From assembly GCF_001194135.2 (NCBI RefSeq), contig NC_068984.1, positions 106,465,098 to 106,500,796 on the forward strand: a stretch of 35,699 nucleotides of DNA, read 5' to 3'. The position numbers were made by a program, and so were the translations under genes. Below, in pieces: positions 1 through 13,110 of the stretch (positions are counted from its first letter, which is position 1; every line of letters begins with the position of its first letter). The notes under the pieces are model-generated. The model was not told where the DNA came from. It worked only from the letters and a program-made list of their open reading frames with translations, and did no database searches. This DNA is from Octopus bimaculoides (Eukaryota).

Positions 1-94
1 GTGAGTAGACAAACGAAAGGAGGGCACTCAACATACTTATTAGGAGTCACATGTATAGATCAAAAGAGTTTGATTCAAACTATTTTGATCCACA

Positions 95-96
<2 letters not shown>

Positions 97-161
<65 letters not shown>

Positions 162-250
162 GTGCGTGTGTGTGTATATCTATATATAAATATATATTTA
201 TGAATAATACATGTATATATATATGCACATATATATGTATATACATGTAT
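97..250. repeat. Compound (CA)n/(TA)n microsatellite and AT-rich low-complexity tract
   Basis: (CA)n 97-140, (TA)n 141-160, then mixed TA/TG/CA; source of HTHT/YIYI/CVCV pseudo-ORFs. Confidence 0.95.
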
Positions 251-252
251 AA

Positions 253-553
253 GGCGCATGGCTTAGTGGTTATGGTGTCGCATCTACGATTGCAAGATCG
301 TGGGTTCGTTTCTCGGTGCGGGCGTTGCGTTGTATTCTTGAGCAAAGCACTTCATTTCAGCTTTCTCTGTGATCATTTCGTCATTTGACATGGTACAGGT
401 AATGTCGATTCGAGATATACAGGTAATGTCGATTCGTTGGAGGAACTGAGCTTATGTGAACGCAAATATTTGATCATTTTAAACAAATCATCTGTGTGGT
501 TGTTCGGCAAGGAATTGCAGAACCCTCATACATCGTCTAACGATGGGACAGTC
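253..553 (+). mobile_element. tRNA-derived CORE-type SINE
   Basis: A-box-like TGGCTTAGTGG (259-269), B-box-like GGGTTCGTTTC (302-312), CORE-like TTGTATTCTTGAGCAAAGCACTTCATTTC, tail motif GAACCCTCATACATCGTCTAACGATGG related to the tail of the 14107 SINE. Confidence 0.8.
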
Positions 554-623
554 TTCCCCCTCCGTCTGTTGATAACACGTGACAACAAGCCATTTTCCCC
601 GTCTCTCTGCCTTTTTGGGATGG

Positions 624-674
<51 letters not shown>

Positions 675-1249
675 NNNNNNNNNNNNNNNNNNNNNNNNNN
701 NNNNNNNNNNNNNNNNNNNNNNNNNNNNNNNNNNNNNNNNNNNNNNNNNNNNNNNNNNNNNNNNNNNNNNNNNNNNNNNNNNNNNNNNNNNNNNNNNNNN
801 NNNNNNNNNNNNNNNNNNNNNNNNNNNNNNNNNNNNNNNNNNNNNNNNNNNNNNNNNNNNNNNNNNNNNNNNNNNNNNNNNNNNNNNNNNNNNNNNNNNN
901 NNNNNNNNNNNNNNNNNNNNNNNNNNNNNNNNNNNNNNNNNNNNNNNNNNNNNNNNNNNNNNNNNNNNNNNNNNNNNNNNNNNNNNNNNNNNNNNNNNNN
1001 NNNNNNNNNNNNNNNNNNNNNNNNNNNNNNNNNNNNNNNNNNNNNNNNNNNNNNNNNNNNNNNNNNNNNNNNNNNNNNNNNNNNNNNNNNNNNNNNNNNN
1101 NNNNNNNNNNNNNNNNNNNNNNNNNNNNNNNNNNNNNNNNNNNNNNNNNNNNNNNNNNNNNNNNNNNNNNNNNNNNNNNNNNNNNNNNNNNNNNNNNNNN
1201 NNNNNNNNNNNNNNNNNNNNNNNNNNNNNCACACACACACACACATATA

Positions 1250-1281
<32 letters not shown>

Positions 1282-1444
1282 AATATGTATATATATATAT
1301 ATATACATAAACATATATATGTATATATAGGCATATATCTACTTCTATATATAGTCACATATGTTTGTGTATGTCTGTGTTTTTATATGTGTGTGTGAGT
1401 GTGTGTGTGTGTTTATGTATTCACTTGTAAATCTATATAAGCAT

Positions 1445-1895
1445 TTCTGTCTATAATGAAATACAGCGATATTTTATGCGCATATATCTTGCCGCTAATG
1501 CTTTGATTTTATATGTATTTCTTAACATTACATCCCAGTAAACATCATATGTTTTCTCCATGTCATTACATCCCAGCATTTGTCAACATTGCAATGCTTC
1601 TGCCATGTTAGTGGTTAATTTGTATGTATTTCCATCTATTGGATAACTCATTTGTTATATTTTCTTGTACTATTTCCTTAAATTCCCTCTGTTCATTTTC
1701 CCATCCTAATAATCGTTCCATGTTGAGATATCCCGATTATATTGCCTCTAAAATTCTAAGGCATATTTTCAAATCCTTTATAGTTTATTGTTTATCGCAA
1801 TAATCTATTCAACATTTCATTTTCCTTCATTATAATACAGCTGTTTACCAATATCTCCTTCCTATATATCATTCCTACTATTATCTCAAGATTTT
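1445..1895 (-). pseudogene. Possible highly decayed LINE ORF2 relic (AP-endonuclease/linker region, CR1/L2-like)
   Basis: Minus strand purine-rich; broken frames read KNLEIIVGMIYRKE, ENEQREFKEIVQEN, QMLGCNDMEKTYDVYWDVM, loosely like the endonuclease IIVGxIYR motif and post-endonuclease linker; many stops and shifts. Confidence 0.3.
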
Positions 1896-2015
1896 TATAG
1901 GCATTCCCTCTTATTAAAACGTTTACAATATACGCATATATGCCTACATATGTGTGCGTGTGCACACATATGCCTACATAATTGTCCTTGTGTACACATA
2001 CATATATATATGCAT

Positions 2016-2374
2016 ATATGGGTACAGGACGTCACAAACCGTAAACAACATGAAATACGAAAACAAGAGTTGAATACGCAAACAACGAGAGAAACAAATG
2101 GAAAACAGGGCAAGTAACATAAAGAACGACCATATACTCCTCATTTCGAGCATTTAACGACAATATGAGTATTCGATGGCAGTTGCTCCCACAAAAGCCA
2201 AAATAAAATTTGGGATTTATGGAGTGTCAAAGCTGGTAACAAAAACAGGAAAGTGGAGACATACAAGGAAACTGAACGAAAACAAATATGGAGGATCGTT
2301 AGACTAGATAAAGATAAAATAGCGAATTCTGGAGAAATACATATTACCTCAGTGATCAGAGTACCATAAAACAG

Positions 2375-2375
<1 letters not shown>
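2016..2375. repeat. Interspersed repeat, probably a Penelope-like pLTR derivative
   Basis: Resembles a cephalopod interspersed repeat from memory; its 5' 28 nt recur at 2569-2596; no diagnostic motif intact. Confidence 0.3.
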
Positions 2376-2380
<5 letters not shown>

Positions 2381-2409
<29 letters not shown>

Positions 2410-2442
2410 TGTATGTATGTATGTATGTATGTATGTATGTAT
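2381..2442. repeat. (TATG)n microsatellite
   Basis: About 15 units visible. Confidence 0.97.
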
Positions 2443-2940
2443 GCATATATATATATATATANNNNNNNNNNNNNNNNNNNNNNNNNNNNNNNNNNNNNNN
2501 NNNNNNNNNNNNNNNNNNNNNNNNNNNNNNNNNNNNNNNNNNNNNNNNNNNNNNNNNNNNNNNNNNATATATGCATATATGGGTGCAGGATTTCACTGTT
2601 TTCGTTGTGTAACGTGGGTCGTTTCCCTTTCTTGGAGGCCTCCTGACAAATATCGCTTATTAGAAAGCGAAACGAACATTATGTAATAAATTTTCGTTGT
2701 AAACATTTTTCTGTTTTAAAACACTATCTTGATTGGTTTATGTGAGGCGGCCGAAAACTTGCATAGCCATTTTTGGTGGTCGTCCTGCATCTTGCCCTAT
2801 CATTCAGAACCTCTACTACAAAATGTATATATAGGTATGGAAATGACTCTATAACACAACTAATGTTTCACCTGTAAAAAACGCAATGAGAAACATCCAC
2901 TTACAAGTTGGCAATTAGTAGAAATTTACAATAGTTTCAA

Positions 2941-2969
2941 GTGGCCGAAGACTTTTGCACGGTACTGTA
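2941..2969 (-). mobile_element. Solo Tc1-like terminal inverted repeat with TA
   Basis: Minus strand reads TA-CAGTACCGTGCAAAAGTCTTCGGCCAC, matching the CAGT-starting Tc1-type TIR pattern; no partner TIR found. Confidence 0.5.
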
Positions 2970-3795
2970 TAAGGCAGTTTTTCTCTTAGTATTATTGATT
3001 TCAGAATTTCAACTGCGTCGCTTCAAGAACCTCTCACCTCAATGAACTCCCGTTTTTTTTTACTTCCTCTTGATTGTATTTTATTTTTCTCATCTATAGT
3101 TACCAGAATTTTAAATATTTTAAACGTATTTCTGTCATTTTGTTTTAGAGTTGGGCCATTTCTTACTGAATTTAAATTTAATTTCATTTATCATTTGCTC
3201 TCGTGTATTAAATCTTAATACAAGATACTATTCTTAAATAGTAAGCCTGCTACCAAATACGGTATATAATAGCTATAATTTTAAATTAAATCACATAACA
3301 CAACTTCACCTTATCTTCCTTATGCTTCGAATCCATCCTTTGAGTTATATTTTCCTTCTTTCTTTTCTCCTTCCCTAATTATATCAAATAACCTGCATAC
3401 CAATTTTCTCTCATTAAATTCTTAAGAGACTAAAATTATCGACACACATTCGTAAAACTGTAAACTTATGCTTTAGTAAAATACTAATACTAATATTACT
3501 CCTACTACTAATAATAATATAGGAGGGCATGTGCGTATTTGCGTGTGTAGATGTAAATATATATGCATATATATGCATGTATATGTATGTACGTGTGTGT
3601 ATATATACATACATACATGTATGTATGTATGTATGTACTATGTGTGAGTTTGTGTGTGTGAGTTTATGTATATGTCTGTAAATGTGCGGAGCTGGAAAAT
3701 CTAAGTATTGCCAAATGTAAATGAAGGTTCATCTTTATTCATTGACAGTTTTACTAACTCAGTCTCACCAGCATCAGAATATATTTAAAACCATT

Positions 3796-4010
<215 letters not shown>

Positions 4011-5001
4011 AGTGCACTCACTTATACTATAAATAATTGTGTCCTTTCGTTGTGCGCATATCTGCAAATTTGCAGCGACAATAAAATTGAATTGACTGTA
4101 AACTGTCGTTCTCTAGAGACGTAAAATATGGGAATTTAATGACAAAAGTATTTTTTTGAAAGAAAATCAAATCACTTCGGTTTATTTTAAATTTATATGA
4201 AACTAGTGAACTATATTAAACAATTAGTTGAATCACAGCTGATCAAGCCTACAGAGCATTAAATCTCCAATTTATGTATTTTTGGTGCAAATCTTACTGC
4301 TGTGATGCATTTACTCGCAAGATACGCTATCATTCATTACATTTGATTGTAAATAGCATTTGTGGTGACAGTTTCTCATTGCAAAAATTAGAACTGTATA
4401 ACTTAAAATTTCCTGGCTTGCACAGTGTTGCTTTCGTTTTATGTGTTTGTGTGCTTAGCGATAGATTAGTCGCATTTAGACTCCCTTGCGATTAAATCCA
4501 CGGTTTGACTCCGATTGTTGTTCTGTTCGTGATAGCAGATGTTATGAATGATGCGCAACACAGTAGAGTAAACTGACTGTGTATAGCTATCCGCCCCTGT
4601 GAATTGTTTGTCAAGACGAGTGATTCAACTATGAAAACTGAATACTCAATGGCACTAGCGACTTCTGTTAGTTTACAACGAGAAATCAAAAGTAACGTGT
4701 TATATATATANNNNNNNNNNNNNNNNNNNNNNNNNNNNNNNNNNNNNNNNNNNNNNNNNNNNNNNNNNNNNNNNNNNNNNNNNNNNNNNNNNNNNNNNNN
4801 NNNNNNNNNNNNNNNNNNNNNNNNNNNNNGTAAGACTTCACTTCCACACACGCCAGCTTAATCTAATTCGTCCTTAGTCGAAAGACACCTGTTGTTAATG
4901 TCCTTTATTTGCATATGTATTTGTACCATTTTCCCGTTTTTTCCGTCATTGACTTCGTATACATTCGCTGCTTTCTTCCAAGGAATCTAGTGCTCTTAGC
5001 T

Positions 5002-5200
5002 TAGCTTTTCCTTGAGGCTAGCCAGATTGAAGCAGTCTCAAGTATAACCAGCTGAAATCGCAAAGATGATCTGGAACTCAACTGAAGAAAGAAAACTCCG
5101 AATGACCTGTCCTTGTTTTCTTTGTATCGTCTGTCTGGATGCTTTGTTGTCCCTTTTTCTGTATCATTTAACTGTCTGGATGTTTTGCGTTCTTGTCCCA
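5002..5200 (+). repeat. Penelope-like pLTR relic with decayed hammerhead-like core
   Basis: C-CTTGA-GGCTAG...CCAGCT-GAAA layout, followed by a T-rich tail with an internal repeat (TGTCTGGATG x2). Confidence 0.35.
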
Positions 5201-5940
5201 TTTTTGGCATTCATTTTTATATAAATATAGCGGCGTACGTACACTTTGGTCGCTCTTATATATATATATATATATATATATATCAATAAGTAACCTGTTA
5301 TATGTATATATATGNNNNNNNNNNNNNNNNNNNNNNNNNNNNNNNNNNNNNNNNNNNNNNNNNNNNNNNNNNNNNNNNNNNNNNNNNNNNNNNNNNNNNN
5401 NNNNNNNNNNNNNNNNNNNNNNNNNNNNNNNNNNNNNNNNNNNNNNNNNNNNNNNNNNNNNNNNNNNNNNNNNNNNNNNNNNNNNNNNNNNNNNNNNNNN
5501 NNNNNNNNNNNNNNNNNNNNNNNNNNNNNNNNNNNNNNNNNNNNNNNNNNNNNNNNNNNNNNNNNNNNNNNNNNNNNNNNNNNNNNNNNNNNNNNNNNNN
5601 NNNNNNNNNNNNNNNNNNNNNNNNNNNNNNNNNNNNNNNNNNNNNNNNNNNNNNNNNNNNNNNNNNNNNNNNNNNNNNNNNNNNNNNNNNNNNNNNNNNN
5701 NNNNNNNNNNNNNNNNNNNNNNNNNNNNNNNNNNNNNNNNNNNNNNNNNNNNNNNNNNNNNNNNNNNNNNNNNNNNNNNNNNNNNNNNNNNNNNNNNNNN
5801 NNNNNNNNNNNNNNNNNNATTAAATATAAATATATCCATTTTATACCCTGTAAATTATCTCATAATAAAAATATAGAAAATCAGTTGCATTAAAATGTTG
5901 TGAGAAAATCCATATCCTCCTTTATGCAAGTGAATCAACA

Positions 5941-6013
<73 letters not shown>

Positions 6014-6030
6014 GTAATAATAATAATAAT
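5941..6030. repeat. (AAT)n microsatellite
   Basis: About 30 units with one AGT interruption. Confidence 0.98.
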
Positions 6031-6814
6031 AAAAGTAATTATAAAAATTATTTTCTATCTATAATTTTATTTTAGAAAGCTATCAAATGTTTAAATACCG
6101 ATTGCTACTTCCACGATGGTATTAGAACCGAAATAATATGAATCTTTATGAATCTTTATCGATTGTTTGTTTGTACATGCGTCATTAACATACAGTATTA
6201 CTGATAAAACCAACTAAACATGTCAGTAGTAAAAGATTTCACTCTACTTTTAATGTGATTTAAAACATTTGTATGTAATGGCAGAATATTTAGTTTGTAT
6301 CTGAAGAAATATTTTTCAGTTAAAACCAAAGTTAAATTTAATATACATATCCATACTGCAAACAGTGGAAATAATATAAATAAATCATAGTATTTTATGA
6401 TTTCGAATATGAATTTTTCTAGTTATTCAAATCATGTAATATCACGTTTTAACAAAATTTTTGAAATACGAAAATATAATAAACATTGATGAAATAGAGT
6501 AATGTTCTTCATTTTCCTACTAAACGTAATTAAACGCCTGCATAAAATGATTGTGACTATATGAAATTCGTTAATGAAGGATATAAGGTAAATTGACAGC
6601 ATAGGTTTTCCTTAAACACATTTTCAACACACACCGTGCTTTAACATGTTATTGTTTTACAAGAAATAAAAAACAAAATCAAATCTAATTTTTAGCGAAG
6701 CAACACGAAATAGACGCCATAAGTTCACCTTAAGTTTGATCAAAATCGCACTCTATTGCTTCTACTACTTTATATGAATACGGAGCTGCATAAATATACG
6801 AGTTAGTGATAAAA

Positions 6815-6927
6815 TACGTATGTAGCTATAGTGTTGGACCTCGTCGATCATAAGATCATGGTTTCTATTCCCAGAGCGGGTAGCGAAGTTAATACAATCT
6901 ACTCAATTGAAATGAGTATCAATCGGG
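6815..6927 (+). mobile_element. Decayed tRNA-derived SINE
   Basis: Degenerate A/B boxes (TAGCTATAGTG; GGTTTCTATTCCC) followed by ATCTACTCAATTGAAATGAGTATC, similar to the Deu/Nin-type SINE central motif. Confidence 0.45.
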
Positions 6928-8432
6928 CACAACCTTCTCTTTTTTCCATATGTCGAATCCTAGAATGTCCATTGGCTTAAGAATGGGAGGGCCTAGTGGA
7001 TGCCTCTGCCTGCTCTTAACAACATAGGCACCTAAAACTATTAGCAAAAGTATAGTATACATTACCTAGTCATTCATTATATGGTTTCTGTTTTCAGTGT
7101 TTCTGATAACAAAGTTATCTTTGACGTTATCACAATTTTGAATGACATAAAATGTCGGTCTTCATTAGATCTGGACTTATAGCTTCCCTACTGGTAGTAA
7201 TTTAGGAGAATGATATTCGAAGTAGTTGAGGAACGTCATTGTTAATGGCTGTCTTGCTTAATTTTGAGAAATTAGAACGGAGTGTGATCGAAACATGGTT
7301 GACAGGGTCAGAGCGTTGTCCTTCATTGATGCAAAAGTTCTTGGTTGAGGAATAGTATTTCCGCATTTAGCTAATAAATGTTTATATTCGTTTCTGTCAA
7401 ATCCTATTCCTATATCCGCTGAAAATATGATTGAATTCAGTTGTCAGTGGAATTTCTATTTTATTTCCAAGTTGGCCTTTAGATCTCCCACAAAAGAAAA
7501 GATATATTACTTTAGTGTCACCTGCTGCTGTAGATTGCACATAATCCATGGTTGCTTATAAAAGGAATGACACTAGATATATTACTAAGACATACAAAGG
7601 AACAGACCGTCTTTTTCCTTATAATAATCCCTCCGAAAGACATAACAGTGGATACTATCTTTTTGATTTCAGTCACAAAGTAGAGGAGTCTTGACTAAGA
7701 TTTTCTTGATTAAGGTCGAAGGTGCTTTTGTCAAATGCAATGATTTCCGTAGGTATGAACTTATAATCAAACGCCCTTTTACAATCATATCAAACTCACA
7801 AATTTTCGTTTCCATTCATTTCAGACAGCTTGACATTATTCGTTAAAAATCTTTCGGAATATATTCAGTCACTTCTTTTTCCCAACCTGATCATCACCCG
7901 ATTACATTGAAGGACAAGTATTGGTCTCTCAGGAATTGAGTGAGACAAATTGTGTAAAATATTCAGGCAAAATATATTCAAAATATTCAGAACGAATATT
8001 TTGAACAAAATATCCAAGAAAGCCTTATAATTTCATTTAAAATTTTTTTTATCATTCTTGGTTTCAAAACTTTCCGTGCTATATAGCAAGGATTATTGGC
8101 ACATTCGTGCACTTTTGTAATTCCAGTTCAATTATCAGGAAGTATGCAATTTCTAGTTTGGGGTATTAGTTGCTTCTTTCCTAAACTATGGACATGGTGA
8201 GAATTGGCAGTGTCTTGAATGAGTGAGAAGTTCTTTCTAGAGATAGCGTTGCTCATCTGTTAATCAGATGATAACATCTAGAAAAGGTTGTCTATGCAAT
8301 ACAGCTCGCTTAATCCTAAAACAAGTAAACAGTCTGTGGTAACTTCCAATAAATTTTCAACTTCTCAAGTGATGGCCATACACGGAAACAACTTAACTTC
8401 CGTAGTGTGTGTATATATGAATATATATATAT

Positions 8433-8641
8433 ATTCTTTTATTCTTTTACTGGCTTCAGTCATTTGACTGCGGCCATGCTGGACCACCGCTTTTAGTCGA
8501 AGAATTCGACCCCAGGACTTATTCTTTGTAACCCTAGTCGGTCTCTTATGCCGAACCACTAAGTTACAGGGACGTAAACACACCAAAATCGGTTGTCAAA
8601 CGATGGTTGGGGGACAAACACAGACACACATACAAATACAC

Positions 8642-8674
<33 letters not shown>

Positions 8675-8838
8675 TGCATGACAGGCTTCTTTCTCTATCC
8701 GCCTACCAAATCCACTCACAAGACTGGTCGGCCCGAGGCTATAGTAGAAGACACTGGACCAAGGTGCCTCGCAGTGGGACTGAATCCAAAACCATGTGGT
8801 TGGTAAGCAAGCTTCTTACTACACACCAACTTCTGCGC
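8433..8838 (-). mobile_element. Full-length octopus-type tRNA-derived SINE with internal (GT)n and (AAAAGAAT)n tail
   Basis: Minus strand: tRNA head GCGCAGAAGTTGGTGTGTAGTAAG...GGATTCAGTCCC, CORE-like CACCTTGGTCCAGTGTCTT, internal microsatellite, 3' body homologous to 28872-29124. Confidence 0.9.
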
Positions 8839-9344
8839 TTATATACACGCTCATGCACTTTATGTGTATGTTTGACCGTATTTGAATGTGTGTATAAGTA
8901 TGGGATGGCAAAATCTCGCTCTCTTTAGTAAATATATTTTGAGGTAAACTGTCTCGGTTATCTTCATTTAGGCCTGGTCGATTTTGTTTTTCCTCTCCTC
9001 CAGATTTCATGAAACAAGTACTTAACAAACACCAATGTCGATATCTCGGAGTAAAACCAATGAATAGACATTTGTAATCCGATGCCTGAATCCATTTAGA
9101 GAAGAACAGAAAAAAAACGGATGCTTTGTGTGTGTATGTGAGAGAGACCGAGTACTTGAGTCTGTCTATGTCCTTCTGACCGTGTGTGTGTCTGTGCGTA
9201 CATATATAAATATACACTCATGCACACACATATACAACAATATAGGCGGTCTGTCTCTATCTGTAGGTTCCTTAGTTCGTCGGATAAATTGTGTGTATGT
9301 GTGTGCATGTGTGTTTATGTGGTTCTGTAAATTCCTTAGTTTGT

Positions 9345-9449
9345 CGGATAAATTACTGTGCGTTAATCGTTCCGATGCCTCGCACTCTGAGTTCATATCG
9401 CACTGAGTCTTAATTTTTCATCCATTCAGGGTCGCTAAATAAATAATTT
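9345..9449 (+). mobile_element. Decayed MetaSINE-type fragment
   Basis: CTGAGTTCATATC (B box) and TTTCATCCATTCAGGGTCGCTAAATAA resemble the central domain of the 33358 copy. Confidence 0.55.
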
Positions 9450-10194
9450 AATTCCTGTTTCTCTAAGTCTTTCATTATGTCTGTCTCCTACCCGATTTGA
9501 AGAAATCGAACGTTGCCAGTGCGGTGGTGGTTAGACTGCCAAGCCTAAAATACCCAAGACATGCTGTTTGCTACGACAGCGCCCTTACGACACCATCAAA
9601 GAATTAAGAGCCTAAAGGCTGACATAGCATATTAAAGCATAGGCCGTTCATATACATACTGAAAGGTTAGTTAATATAACTAATATATCGCAATGCTATT
9701 TTATAGATTCCCTAAGTAGTGATACCGTGTTGCATATTTAATGAGCGTTTTGTTAGTTTGAAATATTACGTGTCATTCTTTGTATGAGCGGCTTAGAAAA
9801 ACACACGCATACGTCCACACACATACGCAAATGCTCAACCTGATGACACGTTTTGAAGACATTAAGTGTCACTACGTGACCTCACAATGATGTAGCGTAT
9901 GCCGGGGAAAGGAGGCTAAGGCATGTGAATACATTTTGAACATATGGATATATTTTATTAGCAGTTACGGCACATATCAGCCGGAATGTTTAAAGGCTTT
10001 CGCACATTCTACCTAATAAGACGAACCGTAGAAATATGTTTTGATTAGGTTACATTGTATATCGTTGTCCATTTTATAAAGAATTCTTCCCTGTATTTCT
10101 GTCACTGATTTTTGTTTTGTCTTTTGATAATCATTTACATTACAAATCGTTTTTGGACCTATTGAGATAAAGTATTATTGTATTTTCGTAGCAT

Positions 10195-10430
10195 GTGCGC
10201 ATGTGTGTGTGTGTGTGTGCGTGCGCGCGCGCCTGTTTGTATGTGTGTGTATTATTCGTGTGCGTGTATGTGTATGTGTGTACATGTGTGTACATGTGTG
10301 TATGTGTATGTGTGTACATGTGTGTACATGTGTGTATGCATGTGTATGTGTATATATGTATGTGTGCGTGTGTGCGCTTATGAATGTATGTATGAGTATG
10401 TGGGTCTGTATGTATGTGCTTATGTACGTA
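10195..10430. repeat. Degenerate GT/GTAC/GTAT compound microsatellite
   Basis: Directly visible. Confidence 0.93.
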
Positions 10431-10794
10431 AAATTCTATAGATATCGGGAAACCAAATAAAAATAACTACTAGAATCTTGCCCATTATATGACACTAGAC
10501 GTAAATTTTGCCACCATTCAATAAATTGCAGCCATTCTGGGGTACCGTCGCGAAAGGTCAAGTTGACTAAATTGACCAAAGTAGATGAAATGAATTCTAA
10601 CTTTCAGAAGAAAATAAATTATCATCTTAATTAAAAGAAATGGAACGATTTTCTCGGTTGTATATTTGTAATAAATAATATATATTGCTATTGTTCCAAA
10701 TTCTATCAGCATAATCGTAATCTGTACCATAGATAAGCTATCTATGCAAAAATTTCATTAAAATGATGTGGAGTTTTCAGAAATTTCTCATTTT

Positions 10795-11260
10795 CTTTTT
10801 ATGACCGGGTTTCAACCCAGGCTGCAACAACAAAGCTTACCCGTCACACTTCTCGGTCCAATATCATTGCATCGAGACCCCGGATACACTCCAGGCCAGC
10901 GTATGCGACCAATTTGTCGATGTAAGTGTGACAACATTTCCTTCTTATATCATCATGAAGTGAGTTCCACAAGACTAATTTGGATGCTTCAGGGTGACGC
11001 ACGCAGCGACCAGAAAGTCGAAACTGATTTTGCTTCATCTTTTCTCTAACTTTCGGCAAGCTTCCTCAAAAGCATTCGCTTGTCATATGATGCTGCCATT
11101 TCACATTTAGGGTAATTCGCAGCTTCCTTGTGTAGCAGCCACCTAATCCGTTTGATGAGTTCTTGGTTAGTGTCTATGTTTCACAACAATATAACAATAC
11201 TGATTCGGCAGTTGCAATGAATAGCTTGATTTTGATTCGCTTGTTACAAAGTCTCATACG
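10795..11260 (-). pseudogene. 5'-truncated RTE-clade LINE; decayed C-terminal part of the reverse-transcriptase ORF
   Basis: One frame reads KIKLFIATAESVLLYCCET*TLTKNSSNGLGGCYTRKLRITLNVKWQHHMTSECF*GSLPKVREKMKQNQFRLSGRCVRHPEASKLVLW...YIDKLVAYAGLECIRGLDAMILDREV, matching RTE motifs (ESVLLYGCETW, LDGCYTRMLR, LRLAGHCVRH); terminal hairpin CTGGGTT-GA-AACCCGG. Confidence 0.88.
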
Positions 11261-13045
11261 TAAAGTGTTTTTGGTAAATTTATGTTAATTGTTACTGTAC
11301 TTCTGTTTTCTCTGTCTACGCTTCTCTTTATTCGTTGTAAAGTGTGAATGTAGAAATCAACCAAACAACATTATATCGGTTATTGTTATACAGAAACAAT
11401 TTGCTTATTTTCAGGAGACCGGTGTTTAATTTTTTGTCTTCCATCCTTCATTCTTTCTCGAACATTCCAGAGTGTTCCCTTTCTCTTTCCCTGTCTTTGT
11501 TTCTCTCTGTCTCTCAATCTCTGTATCCTGTTGCATGCAAATATCTCTATTGTATCTGAGTGGAAAAAATACAGTCAGGTGACACGAACTTGTAAAGGAA
11601 AAGACACCTATCTCCCCAACACAGCAATTTCACTGGATCCACTGGATGTGCATGATGTAAACGTTTGGCGCCAATGCTTTTCAACTCTATAACTTAGGTC
11701 TAACTGGATATGAGTTCTGCTGTGTTGACAGGTTTATTATGCCTGAAATATAATGTCAAAGTAGCCTTTTCCCATTCATTCTCTCGATCGTCACGGATAT
11801 TAGAGTCAAAATACATTCTATATTCTTTATGAGCAAAATACTAGATTTCAAGTTCTGGATTACAATTTTTATTCAAATGAAAGAAATATTTTTTCATGCT
11901 GCAATTATGTTCATCAATGAAACAAAAAACTTGTCTCAAACAGCTGTAGTGAATTTCAACCAATTTGCATTATATATATATATATCGAAACGAAAAACCA
12001 CCTTTCTTTCCTTCCATGAGCGTCTGCTAATGTACATGTACCACGTACTCGCCTTGTCTTTTTTTTTTGTGTTTGTCCTTCGTTTTTTTTATTTGCTATA
12101 TATATGTAGAGACATTTGAGATTTTGTCTATGTGAATCTAGNNNNNNNNNNATATATATATATATATATATATACAGTGTACATTTAAACGCATAAGAGG
12201 TATCCATCATAGGATTCTTTGAACGCTAGAAAGAACAGCTAAGTTCCAAACCACTATTAGGGATAAAGCTTTGAAAGGAATGAAAAATAAAAACATTTAC
12301 CATCTAGCTCTTGGACCAATGATTTCTGACTTATTTTAGCAAATAAAATAATTTTCCAGGCGAAGTCTTCTTCAACAGGTACACCCAGCTTAAACATATA
12401 TACACCAGGCAATCCAGTATCTGCCCCATGCTTATACATTCTAACTTTTCAAATCTGTCACGCAAGCGCCGCTCCTTGTCGGCAGTAAATAAAAAATGCC
12501 GGCGTTTCAATTCTTTCTTTTTCTTTTTTCGTCTCTCTCACTATTATTATTGTTGTTATCATTATTTTCCCTTTCACAACTTGGTTTGTAAATTATCCGA
12601 TTTTCCCTTACTGCCACATCTGTGTTCTCTTATTGTATCTTATTTTAATTTTATTTTATTCTATTTCATCTTATTAAACTTTCTTGATGTTCTTCCAAAG
12701 ATTCCTCACACTGATGAGAATGACAATGCATAAATTTAATTCTAATTATAATTACTATGATTAAAAATTTTTTCTTACATATTTGCATTGTTTTTCGAAA
12801 CGTACGTATTCATTGAATCCAGTTTTGTAATAAATCTATTTCTGATTCAACATTTTTTCTCCATATTTAATTCTTTTTTTTTATGGTATATTTTTAATAC
12901 CTATAACGAAACTCCTCACATATTATTTTCATATTCTTATTACTTGCCCTGGTTGATTTTTATAAATATGATGAATCTTTATTAGAAATAAATTTTTCTA
13001 TCTTTTTGGATCCCCAAAATGTTTGACTTGTTCTTCTTGAACTCA

Positions 13046-13060
13046 TTTCTCTCCCTCTCC

Positions 13061-13109
<49 letters not shown>

Positions 13110-13110
13110 C
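13046..13110. repeat. (CT)n microsatellite
   Basis: Directly visible; gives ERERER pseudo-ORFs. Confidence 0.96.

Noticed and set aside
7673-7752. Possible exon SQSRGVLTKIFLIKVEGAFVKCNDFR with good acceptor and AG|GTATGA donor
   Set aside because: No recognisable homology and no phase-compatible neighbour; such signals arise by chance in AT-rich DNA. RNA-seq would decide.
8157-8196. Mini-exon FGVLVASFLNYGH resembling a sugar-transporter helix
   Set aside because: Only 13 codons, a weak acceptor and no other transporter exons found.
9004-9077. Strong polypyrimidine acceptor followed by FMKQVLNKHQCRYLGVKPMNRHL*
   Set aside because: No homology, upstream partner or clear polyadenylation context.
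10768-11049. Plus-strand 93-aa ORF with a GTAAGT donor
   Set aside because: It is the antisense of the RTE reverse-transcriptase remnant.
12257-12439. Minus-strand 60-aa ORF MYKHGADTGLPGV...
   Set aside because: No recognised motif and a purine-rich, implausible acceptor.
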